A stretch of DNA of 64,000 bases from NCBI GenBank assembly GCA_963667565.1, contig OY763415.1:512001-576000 (forward strand), in the 5' to 3' direction. The notes under the pieces are model-generated. The model saw only the letters and a list, made by a program, of their open reading frames with translations, was not told the DNA's origin and made no database searches. This DNA comes from Acholeplasmataceae bacterium (GTDB lineage Bacteria; Bacillota_I; Bacilli_A; Acholeplasmatales; Acholeplasmataceae). Position 1 is the stretch's first letter; each line of letters opens with the position of its first letter. A program made the position numbers and the translations under genes. Below, one piece after another: positions 23,222-31,396 of the stretch.

Positions 23222-24330
23222 AATTGATGGAACCTGACTATAGTAATTCTATATGGAATGTTTCACATACGATTTTAGCACATTACGGACATCATACTGA
23301 TGTTCCTCTCATTCCAGAACTTAAAGAAAAATTAGATAAAAATTATAAACATGTTTGTTTGTTTTTGCTTGATGGGATGGGCACCAATATTATTAAAAAA
23401 CATTTAAGACATAAAGATTTCTTAAAAAAGCATGTGATCAAAAAAATCACATCAGTTTATCCTCCTACAACAGTAGCTGCAACCAATACGGTACTTACTT
23501 GTAAGACACCTTACGAAAGTGGTTATTTAGGATGGACTCAATATTTTTCAGATGATGACGTTTATGCAATTGTCTTTAGAAATGAAGACTATTATGATGC
23601 TGATAAAGCACTAAAGTTAAATTATCGAGATACTTATTTAAAACATGATTTGATTTTTGATTATATTAAACGTGCAGACGCTAGTGTCCAAACGTATAAG
23701 TTATTTCCTAGTTTTGAACCAGGTGGTTTTGAAACTTTTAATGAGCAACTAGAAGAAGTGAAGAAAATCACTAAGCAAGATTCAAAAACTTTCTCATATA
23801 TTTATTGGACTAATCCTGATGATATGGAACATCGTTTTGGACCTAAAAGCAAGGAAGTTAAAGAAGAACTTAGATCATTGTCTGCGCAATTAGATAGATT
23901 TTCTAAACAATTAAATCCTGATACATTATTAATTGTTATTGCTGATCATGGACAAATTGAAGTGAAACCAGTTGAGTTTACTGAACAAACATATTTATAC
24001 GATATGTTATCTAAAAAACCATCATTAGAACCTAGAACACCTGCATTCTTTGTCAAAGATGATAAACATCTTGAATTTAGAATGATGTTTAGTAAAATGT
24101 TTGAAACCAGATATAAACTATATGCATCACATGATTTTATTGAAAGTGGATTGATAGGATATGGAAACAAGCATCCAATGCTTGATCAATTTGTTGGAGA
24201 TTTTGTTGCAGTTGCAATATCTGATAGTTATCTTAAGTTTAAAAAAACAGCCTTGTATAAAGGCCATCATGCAGGTTTAACTAAAGATGAGATGGAAGTA
24301 CCACTCATCATCTATTCAAATAAAAAATAA
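23218..24330 (+). CDS. Alkaline phosphatase superfamily (nucleotide pyrophosphatase/phosphodiesterase-like) protein
   Basis: LLDGMG, SVYPPTT, DDMEH, IADHG and HHAG motifs. Confidence 0.85.
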   Translation: MKLMEPDYSNSIWNVSHTILAHYGHHTDVPLIPELKEKLDKNYKHVCLFLLDGMGTNIIKKHLRHKDFLKKHVIKKITSVYPPTTVAATNTVLTCKTPYESGYLGWTQYFSDDDVYAIVFRNEDYYDADKALKLNYRDTYLKHDLIFDYIKRADASVQTYKLFPSFEPGGFETFNEQLEEVKKITKQDSKTFSYIYWTNPDDMEHRFGPKSKEVKEELRSLSAQLDRFSKQLNPDTLLIVIADHGQIEVKPVEFTEQTYLYDMLSKKPSLEPRTPAFFVKDDKHLEFRMMFSKMFETRYKLYASHDFIESGLIGYGNKHPMLDQFVGDFVAVAISDSYLKFKKTALYKGHHAGLTKDEMEVPLIIYSNKK

Positions 24331-24357
24331 GCGATGCTAAATAGCACCGCTTATTTC
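24326..24357. terminator. Bidirectional intrinsic terminator
   Basis: AAATAAGCG-A-TGCTA-AA-TAGCA-C-CGCTTATTT. Confidence 0.7.
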
Positions 24358-24361
24358 TTTT

Positions 24362-25303
24362 TTATTTTTCAGCTTTTTTGTCAGTTTTTGCAAATTCTGC
24401 AGCCATCATAATTGATGATGCTAAATCTGTGATATTTGTAGGAACAACAAGTTTAGTTGATTGACCATCAGCAACTTTAGCTAAAGCTTCAAAGGCTTTA
24501 ATCGTAAGTACAGTTTGGTCAGCATCAGCTTTCTTAATAAGTCCAATACCAAGTGCTTCAGCTTCTTTTAGTTTAAGAATAGCTTCAGCTTCCCCTGTAG
24601 CATGAAGAACTTTTTCTTGTTTATAAGCATCAGCTCTAAGAATAACTGATTCTCTTTCACCTTCAGCTCTTAGGATTGCTGCACGCTTTTCACCTTCAGC
24701 AATTAAGATCGTTTGACGTCTTTCACGTTCTGCACGCATTTGTTTTTCCATTGAATCACGAATATCTTTTGGTGGAAGAATGTTCTTGACTTCTACACGG
24801 TTAACTTTAATACCCCATGGGTCAGTCGCTTCATCTAAAATCTTTCTCATGTTAGTATTGATAAGATCTCTTGATGTAAGTGTTTGGTCTAAGTCTAATT
24901 CACCAATGATATTACGTAATGTTGTTGCAGAAATTTTTTCAATAGCTAGCATAGGTGTTTCAGTACCATATGTATAAGCTTTTGGATCTGTAATTGAGAA
25001 GAAGACAACTGTATCAATTTGCATTGTTACATTATCTTTTGTAATAACAGGTTGTGGATCAAAGTCCTTAACTTGTTCTTTAAGTGAAACAACGTTTACA
25101 ACTCTTTCAATGATTGGGAATACATATTTAATCCCAACGCCCATTGTACGGTTATATCCCCCTAAACGTTCAACAACATACTTTTTAGTTTGAGTGACAA
25201 CTTTAACACCTGAAATGGCAATCATCAATAATATGGCTAAAACAATGATAAGTGCCCAGCCACCTGTGCTCATTAATACTGATGGTAATAATCTTGATAA
25301 CAT
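24362..25303 (-). CDS. SPFH/band 7 (stomatin/QmcA-like) protein
   Basis: VVERLG, VITKDNV, WGIKVNRVE and QMRAERERR motifs. Confidence 0.93.
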   Translation of the reverse strand: MLSRLLPSVLMSTGGWALIIVLAILLMIAISGVKVVTQTKKYVVERLGGYNRTMGVGIKYVFPIIERVVNVVSLKEQVKDFDPQPVITKDNVTMQIDTVVFFSITDPKAYTYGTETPMLAIEKISATTLRNIIGELDLDQTLTSRDLINTNMRKILDEATDPWGIKVNRVEVKNILPPKDIRDSMEKQMRAERERRQTILIAEGEKRAAILRAEGERESVILRADAYKQEKVLHATGEAEAILKLKEAEALGIGLIKKADADQTVLTIKAFEALAKVADGQSTKLVVPTNITDLASSIMMAAEFAKTDKKAEK

Positions 25304-25322
25304 AATAAATCCCTTCCTTTAT

Positions 25323-25745
25323 TTATATTTTTTGTACGATGAGCTTTACACCTTCAACATCAAGGATTTTAACTTCATCATTTACTTCTATATCTTCTTC
25401 AGATATTGCAGACCATACGCGTGTTTTTAATTGAACAGCACCTACAGTGTTTGAACTAATTCTTTCAATACAGACTGCTTTTTGGCCAATCACCGAATCA
25501 ACGTTTGTTTTAATCTCATTTGTTTTGAAATAACTTACTACGAGTGGTCTTGTGAAAAGTAGTAAAAGTGTTGCAACAACTAAGAAAACGACAATTTGAA
25601 TTACTGGGTTAACATCAAGCAACGAAAGAATATAGGTTGGTACAGCTGCTAAAGATATCCAGATACTTACTAAATGCGTCGTTGATAATTCAAGAAGCAA
25701 CGCACCTAAAAAAATACCTAGCCACATCCATTGAAACCAATCCAT
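25323..25745 (-). CDS. NfeD family protein
   Basis: Hydrophobic N-terminus plus C-terminal OB fold (WSA...VEGVKLIV), directly upstream of the SPFH gene. Confidence 0.88.
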   Translation of the reverse strand: MDWFQWMWLGIFLGALLLELSTTHLVSIWISLAAVPTYILSLLDVNPVIQIVVFLVVATLLLLFTRPLVVSYFKTNEIKTNVDSVIGQKAVCIERISSNTVGAVQLKTRVWSAISEEDIEVNDEVKILDVEGVKLIVQKI

Positions 25746-26129
25746 CTATAATACCTCCTTTAAGTCTACTGTTAAGACTTCTTGTTTAGAATCCCAATTG
25801 GCTTTAAATTTAAACACTGTATTGATGACATCAATACTAAACCAATCAACGATCTCTTCTAAAAATGATTTATTCGTTACTCTGCTATAAGAGTTGCGAA
25901 TGGTAATTTTATATTTGCTATTTGCTGGGATGTCATGCATCATTGATCGTTCTTTATTAAGTGGCTTAATAAATAATAGCTTATCTGTTTGATTGACACC
26001 GAGCATAACCGAATATGCATTTTCAAAAAACATAGTTGCTGGTTTATTTAATGTTAGACTTCCATTTCCAATGGTTACAACACAATCTTTTGGTTTCTCA
26101 TTAAACCATGTGATATCCATATAAATCAC
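25746..26129 (-). CDS. Hypothetical protein
   Basis: ORF abutting nfeD with AAGGA SD upstream; start may be 26120. Confidence 0.7.
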   Translation of the reverse strand: MIYMDITWFNEKPKDCVVTIGNGSLTLNKPATMFFENAYSVMLGVNQTDKLLFIKPLNKERSMMHDIPANSKYKITIRNSYSRVTNKSFLEEIVDWFSIDVINTVFKFKANWDSKQEVLTVDLKEVL

Positions 26130-26188
26130 TTCCTTTGATTATATTATAACACAAATTATAAAAAATGCAATAAAATTACAATAAATTA

Positions 26189-26638
26189 TTATTGATTATT
26201 ATTGATGATATCAAGAATTTCAAAACCAAATTGAAGTGCATATGCTTTTACTTCCACTTCTAAATCTTCTGCTTGATTGTTTAGTAATCTAGATTGTACA
26301 TAAAAATCATGTACTGTATCTAGCGAATCAAGAGAACCATAGACATAAAGCATTTCATCGACAACTTTAATTTTATATGTAATGATAGTGACACCTTCAA
26401 ATCCTTTTTGCGTTTTAACTTTTTTACTCACGAAGAAAGGGGATTTGGTAAATTTTTCAATTGAACGATCAATAAGTGGTATGAGAAAATAAACACCAGG
26501 ATTTTCAATGGTTTTTAAATATTTACCTAATCTTTCTATAATAACAACTTCATCATCTTTAACAAGTAAGAAAGAAGGTAGCAAGATAAGAATGAGTAAA
26601 CCTGTGATAATTAAGATGGAAATTTCTAATTCTGTCAT
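26189..26638 (-). CDS. Short SPFH-domain membrane protein
   Basis: TM helix then IIERLGKY...PGVYFLIPLIDR; lacks the coiled-coil C-terminus. Confidence 0.7.
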   Translation of the reverse strand: MTELEISILIITGLLILILLPSFLLVKDDEVVIIERLGKYLKTIENPGVYFLIPLIDRSIEKFTKSPFFVSKKVKTQKGFEGVTIITYKIKVVDEMLYVYGSLDSLDTVHDFYVQSRLLNNQAEDLEVEVKAYALQFGFEILDIINNNQ

Positions 26639-26692
26639 ATAATAAAACTCCTTTGTTGAAATTTATATCATTTCGTGTTATATTTTTATTGA

Positions 26693-26775
26693 TCACTACG
26701 GGGAGCATAAGCTGAGAGGACGTAAAGTCGACCCGAAGAACCTGATCTGGATGATACCAGCGGAGGGATAGTCGA
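26693..26775 (+). ncRNA. TPP riboswitch
   Basis: GGGGAGC...GCTGAGAG...ACCCG.AGAACCTGATCTGGATGATACCAGCGGAGGGA consensus; upstream of thiT. Confidence 0.95.
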
Positions 26776-26806
26776 TAAGTGTAAGTAGACATATCACTAA
26801 CTATCA

Positions 26807-26840
26807 ATTTCTTTGGCTAATCCATAGAAATTTTTTTATT
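26807..26840 (+). terminator. Expression-platform terminator of the TPP riboswitch
   Basis: ATTTCTTTGG-CTAAT-CCATAGAAAT followed by a T-run before the thiT SD. Confidence 0.65.
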
Positions 26841-26859
26841 TTCTAAGGAGGAAAGAAAG

Positions 26860-27546
26860 ATGAAGAATCAAAAAGCTTTAAAAAAATTAGTTTTAACTGC
26901 AATTCTTTTAGCGATTGCAGTCGTCGTCGATTTGATTACGAGTGCGGTACCAGGATTAAATTTAAGCATGCCATTTGGTGGGAAATTTTTTGGTATATCT
27001 ATGATCCCATTAATTCTGATTGGTCTTATATGTGGGCTTGAATATGGATTGATTGCTGGATTCTTATATGGTATATATAATTTCTCAGCAGATTATATGA
27101 TTTATTTGTCAGCACTTCGTGACACGCTTGAGAGTTGGACGGGCACATCATGGAATTCATTCCAAATCCTACTATTAGTGCTATTGGATTATGTTATTCC
27201 ATTTATGGCATTTGGACTCTCTGGTTTATTTAAAAAACAATTTAAGTCATTAAGTGGACTTGTTAAATCAGTTATGCTCGTCAGTGTCATAAGACTTATT
27301 TCTAGTACACTAAGTGGCGTAGTATTATGGAGTACTAGCATTCAATTTGCAATATCAGAAGTTGAATCAGGAAATGCTGATCCCAATTTAGCAACACGTA
27401 TTTTTAGTTTTGTTGGTGGCAATGTATGGTTATATAGCTTTGGTTATAATTTGACATACATTCTTACAACAGGTATTGTTGTATATTTGATTTTATCATT
27501 AACTCACAAACGTATTTATACGATTAGTGAGCAATTTGTCTTATAA
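26860..27546 (+). CDS. thiT: Energy-coupled thiamine transporter S component
   Basis: MPFGG, MIPL, LDYVIPF and SGVVLW motifs; under a TPP riboswitch. Confidence 0.88.
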   Translation: MKNQKALKKLVLTAILLAIAVVVDLITSAVPGLNLSMPFGGKFFGISMIPLILIGLICGLEYGLIAGFLYGIYNFSADYMIYLSALRDTLESWTGTSWNSFQILLLVLLDYVIPFMAFGLSGLFKKQFKSLSGLVKSVMLVSVIRLISSTLSGVVLWSTSIQFAISEVESGNADPNLATRIFSFVGGNVWLYSFGYNLTYILTTGIVVYLILSLTHKRIYTISEQFVL

Positions 27547-28113
27547 AAAATGTTGATCAAGCACTTTTAGATAATCAAGTCTTGGTTGATAACCAAATGG
27601 AATTAAATAAGCTTTTTCTTTAAAGACTTCATACGGGATGGATTTACGTCCCGTATCTTTATTTTGTGAATCCCAATATGTAGATAAAATGTCAAAAGGT
27701 AGTAAAAAATATTCATTGTATTGTTTAAAGTGTACAATAAGAAATGCAATACCTTTTTGATTGACAACGTTTCTTAAGTGATCAATTTGATGTGGGTGAA
27801 CGTTCTTAAGTGGCATCGATGTTTTTGAATTTGTTTCCTTCGCATCAAAATCGATATAAAAACCTTTATAGATTCCATTAAAATCAGTTGTTGATGGTGT
27901 CTTATAATATGCTTCAGTAATTTTAGCTTTATTACGAGCAGGATAAGAAACACTAACCACTTGAATTGGGGTAGGTTTTTTATGAATAACAGCAATATTA
28001 TTATCTAAATAATATTGATTTGATTGTTCAATATCAGATTCAAGCGTCATGCCAAGATTCGCATAATTTGTTTGTTTGATCTGCGGTTTACGTTTAATTG
28101 GGTATTTTATCAT
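27541..28113 (-). CDS. recU: Holliday junction resolvase RecU
   Basis: GMTLE, IHKKPTPIQ, STTDFNG, FDAKET and HQI motifs. Confidence 0.96.
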   Translation of the reverse strand: MIKYPIKRKPQIKQTNYANLGMTLESDIEQSNQYYLDNNIAVIHKKPTPIQVVSVSYPARNKAKITEAYYKTPSTTDFNGIYKGFYIDFDAKETNSKTSMPLKNVHPHQIDHLRNVVNQKGIAFLIVHFKQYNEYFLLPFDILSTYWDSQNKDTGRKSIPYEVFKEKAYLIPFGYQPRLDYLKVLDQHFL

Positions 28114-28229
28114 ATGTTATCACCTAATTTTATGATACCATAACTAAAAACAAAATCATTGTTTAATGTGAAAAACATGATATAATGTATATGAATAAAA
28201 AAGCGTTACTTTGTGAAGGAAGTGTGTAT

Positions 28230-29906
28230 ATGAGTGAGATACGATTTTTTGCTTTAGGGGGACTAGGCGAAAATGGGAAAAATATGTATGTGGTTGAAGT
28301 TGATCGAAGTTTATTCATTTTAGATGCAGGGATTAAATACCCAAGTTCTGAATTATATGGTGTCGATGAAATCATTCCTGATTACCGCATTTTAATTCGT
28401 GCAAAAGATCGAATTAAAGGTATTTTTTTGTCGCATGCCCATGAAGATCATATCGCTGCAGTGCCACATTTAATCAATGATTTAAATGTCCCAGTTTATG
28501 CGACTAACTTTACAATGCAAATCTTAAAAGATATGCTTAAAGATGCAGATCTAAAATTAGAGGATTATACACTAAATACCATTAGTCAAAATAGTATTAT
28601 CAAATTTGGAAATGTGAGAGTGTCATTTTTTAACACAACACATTCAATTCCAGAATCTGTAGGGATCGCTATTCACACGATGGATGGTGTCATTGTATAT
28701 ACGAGTGACTTTACTTTTGATCAAAGTGGTGATTTAAAATATCAAACAGATTTTAGAAAAATTAATGAATTATCAGAAAAAAATGTCTTGGTTTTATTAA
28801 CTGAATCATTAGGATCAACTTTAGTCCTCAATGGTGGTGTCAATCAAGCACTTGATCACAAACTTAATTCAATATTTGCCAATGCCCAAGGACGTATCAT
28901 TATATCGCTGTTTTCATCAGATTTAAGAAAAATCCAACATGCAGTAAATATCAGTTTAAAACATCATAAAAAAATAGCAATCATTGGACGTAGAGCTCAA
29001 AGAATTGTGGATATTGCGATAGCCAATGGTTATCTAGAAATTCCTAAAGAAGCATTAGTCAATTTAAAATTTATTGATGATAAAAATAAGAATGATGATC
29101 CAAATATTGTTGCACTTGTCACAGGTAATAGACATGAACCATTCTTTATGTTACAAAGAATGTGCAAGAAAATTGATAGACTAGTTCAAATCAATGATGC
29201 CGATACAATCATTTTAATGACAGCTCCAGTCCCAGGAACTGAAAAGATGGCTGCAAGAACACTAGATACACTGTATCGTAGTGAAGCTGATGTAGAAATG
29301 ATTGATAAAAGATTATTAACAGCAGCACATGCTACTGCAGAAGAATTAAAGATGATGATGAATTTATTAAAACCAAAATACATCATACCTACAATTGGAG
29401 AATATAGACATCAATATGGTGTTAGAAAATTAGCACTTGATCTTAATTATCAAGCTGAAGATGTATTCTTACTTGATAATGGTGATGTATTTAATTATAA
29501 AGATAAAGATGTATTTGTAAGTCGTCATGATATCAATGTTGGTGAAATCTTAATTGATGGAACCGCTGTTGGTGATGTCAATGATTTTGTTATGAAAGAT
29601 AGAGAATTATTGGCAGAAGACGGTGCGCTACTTATTGTTGCACATGTAAGTCCTAAAAATAAAGAAATTTTAGGTAGTGTTGAAATTATTACTAAAGGTT
29701 TTGTTTATGTCAAGGAATCGGAAGCGTTGCTTGAAAAGGTAAAAGAAATCTTTTATACGACAAGTCAAAAACATCTACAAGGTAAATATATTAATTGGAA
29801 TGAGTACAAGCGTGATGTGAGAAATGATATCAATAGATTCATTTATCAGGAAACAAAACGAAGTCCAATCACTATTCCAGTGATAATATCAACTGAACTT
29901 AACTAA
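28230..29906 (+). CDS. rnj: Ribonuclease J (divergent, J2-like paralogue)
   Basis: ALGGLGENGKNM, HAHEDH and HSIPE; later motifs degenerate (AAHA instead of SGHA). Confidence 0.9.
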   Translation: MSEIRFFALGGLGENGKNMYVVEVDRSLFILDAGIKYPSSELYGVDEIIPDYRILIRAKDRIKGIFLSHAHEDHIAAVPHLINDLNVPVYATNFTMQILKDMLKDADLKLEDYTLNTISQNSIIKFGNVRVSFFNTTHSIPESVGIAIHTMDGVIVYTSDFTFDQSGDLKYQTDFRKINELSEKNVLVLLTESLGSTLVLNGGVNQALDHKLNSIFANAQGRIIISLFSSDLRKIQHAVNISLKHHKKIAIIGRRAQRIVDIAIANGYLEIPKEALVNLKFIDDKNKNDDPNIVALVTGNRHEPFFMLQRMCKKIDRLVQINDADTIILMTAPVPGTEKMAARTLDTLYRSEADVEMIDKRLLTAAHATAEELKMMMNLLKPKYIIPTIGEYRHQYGVRKLALDLNYQAEDVFLLDNGDVFNYKDKDVFVSRHDINVGEILIDGTAVGDVNDFVMKDRELLAEDGALLIVAHVSPKNKEILGSVEIITKGFVYVKESEALLEKVKEIFYTTSQKHLQGKYINWNEYKRDVRNDINRFIYQETKRSPITIPVIISTELN

Positions 29907-29931
29907 AAAAAGGCTAAAAATTAGCCTTTTT
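29905..29931. terminator. Bidirectional intrinsic terminator after rnj
   Basis: A-run, AGGCTAA-AAA-TTAGCCT, T-run. Confidence 0.8.
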
Positions 29932-29987
29932 ATTTTATTAGAAGTAAAAATAAGAAATTCTTTCTATGATTAATAAAAGAATAAAAT

Positions 29988-30011
29988 GTCCTTAATGTAG
30001 TATTTAAGGAC
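29988..30011 (+). repeat. Left recombination site (IRL) GTCCTTAA-TGTAGTAT-TTAAGGAC
   Basis: 8-bp dyad arms (extendable to 10 bp, 29986-30013) around an 8-bp asymmetric spacer; exact reverse complement of 30976-30999. Confidence 0.92.
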
Positions 30012-30022
30012 ATAGCGGTTTT

Positions 30023-30051
30023 ATTATAAATATTTATTGTTTTATTGTCAA
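30023..30051 (-). promoter_or_regulatory. Perfect consensus sigma-A promoter inside the invertible segment, facing outward through IRL
   Basis: Minus strand TTGACA (30046-30051), 17-nt spacer, TATAAT (30023-30028). Confidence 0.85.
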
Positions 30052-30078
30052 TAAAATAATGAATTAGAAAGGATTAAA

Positions 30079-30969
30079 ATGAGTTTAAAACCATATAAAT
30101 TAGTCTTAGATACTTGGTTAATAGCTAAAGAAAAACAGATTAAATCTTCAAGCTATTCTAATTATTATAGTATTATAAATAATCAAATCATTCCTTATTT
30201 TGGTCACTTGAGTGTAGATGACTTGGATCAAACTAAACTACATGAATATTGTGAAACACATCTTTTAAACAAATCCAATTCATATATTCTGGACATCCTA
30301 AATATTATGATTCAAAGTTTGGAACCATATCCTTCAAAAAAAGATATGCTAATTCAATACATAAAAGAGAACATTAGTACGAATAGAAATAAAAATCAAA
30401 ATGGTTATTTAGACAAAAAGAACATTGAAAGAATGATATTTATTATTAAAAATAATAACATAAAATACAAATTAGGCTTTTTACTTCCAATCTTAACAGG
30501 TATGAGAATCGGTGAAGTATGTGCCCTAAAGTATAAAAATGTTGATTATAGAAATAAATATATCGAAGTAAATCATACTGTTTATAGAATAAAAGATGGT
30601 GCCAATACTAAGTTAAAATTGCTTACTCCAAAGACCAGAAATAGTCAAAGAATTATTCCAATTCATGAAGAATTAATGCATCAATTAAATAATTACACTG
30701 ACGAAAATGCATTTATACTAACAGGCAAACCTTATCCACTAGATCCTAGAATTTTGAGAAGACATTTTAATGTTTTTATCAATCACTATAAATTTCCAAA
30801 AATAAGATTTCATGACTTAAGACATTCATTTGCAACGACATGTTTAGAAAATGGAATTGACTATAAAAGTTTAAGTGAACTTTTAGGACATTCTAGTGTT
30901 TCAACAACATTAAATATTTATGTACATTCAAATAATGATAAAAAAAGAGCATTTATCAACAAAATTTGA
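30079..30969 (+). CDS. Tyrosine recombinase/integrase (probable DNA invertase)
   Basis: TGMRIGE (R), PKT (K), FHDLRHSFAT (HxxR), LGHSS (H), NIYVH (Y); SAM-like N-domain; AAAGGA SD. Confidence 0.93.
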   Translation: MSLKPYKLVLDTWLIAKEKQIKSSSYSNYYSIINNQIIPYFGHLSVDDLDQTKLHEYCETHLLNKSNSYILDILNIMIQSLEPYPSKKDMLIQYIKENISTNRNKNQNGYLDKKNIERMIFIIKNNNIKYKLGFLLPILTGMRIGEVCALKYKNVDYRNKYIEVNHTVYRIKDGANTKLKLLTPKTRNSQRIIPIHEELMHQLNNYTDENAFILTGKPYPLDPRILRRHFNVFINHYKFPKIRFHDLRHSFATTCLENGIDYKSLSELLGHSSVSTTLNIYVHSNNDKKRAFINKI

Positions 30970-30975
30970 TGAAAA

Positions 30976-30999
30976 GTCCTTAAATACTACATTAAGGAC
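30976..30999 (-). repeat. Right recombination site (IRR) GTCCTTAA-ATACTACA-TTAAGGAC
   Basis: Begins 7 nt after the recombinase stop; same arms as IRL, spacer inverted. Confidence 0.92.
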
Positions 31000-31020
31000 T
31001 AAACAATAGGAGGGGAAACT

Positions 31021-31371
31021 ATGCACTGGATTGACGATTTAACAGATGAACAACGAAAGGAAATATATTTAAGATACAAGAGATTATGTGATCAGATTCT
31101 AAGTGTGATGTTTATATCATTTTTTATGATGATTGTTTCAATGTATTATATAGTGACTAAAAATGATTATGCATTATTTATCGTCTCAATTACATCACAT
31201 GGAATTCTTGGTGGTATTTTAATGATTTATGGGAATACCATATATGCAGTAAAATACAAAAAAAACAATTTGAAAAATAAGTATCGTATGATTGGATTAT
31301 ATTTTGGATTATATTTTATACCTTTACTTTCATCATATATTATTGAACAAATAGCTACGATAAGAGAATAA
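31021..31371 (+). CDS. Hypothetical membrane protein (about 3 TM), probable switch target
   Basis: Strong AGGAGG SD at 31008-31013; three hydrophobic stretches; no room for its own promoter after IRR. Confidence 0.8.
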   Translation: MHWIDDLTDEQRKEIYLRYKRLCDQILSVMFISFFMMIVSMYYIVTKNDYALFIVSITSHGILGGILMIYGNTIYAVKYKKNNLKNKYRMIGLYFGLYFIPLLSSYIIEQIATIRE

Positions 31372-31396
31372 AAAAGCCTTTCTAAAAAGGCTTTAT
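31370..31396. terminator. Bidirectional terminator between the orphan gene and rarA
   Basis: AAAGCCTTT-CTAA-AAAGGCTTT. Confidence 0.7.

Larger units (their letters stand above)
29988..30999. mobile_element. Putative invertible DNA segment carrying its own tyrosine recombinase and an outward promoter
   Basis: Perfect 24-bp inverted repeats at both ends; recombinase ORF and consensus promoter inside. Confidence 0.8.

Noticed and set aside
26559..26807. 82-aa minus-strand ORF
   Set aside because: It is the antisense of the TPP riboswitch and promoter region
29986..30013. IRL/IRR as chromosomal dif sites for XerD (60122-61021)
   Set aside because: No TTATGTTAAA-like XerD arm. The arms are fully symmetric, and two inverted copies hug a different recombinase gene.
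30079..31371. Prophage or ICE remnant
   Set aside because: No phage, conjugation or excisionase genes, no tRNA target, and the flanking repeats are inverted rather than direct att sites
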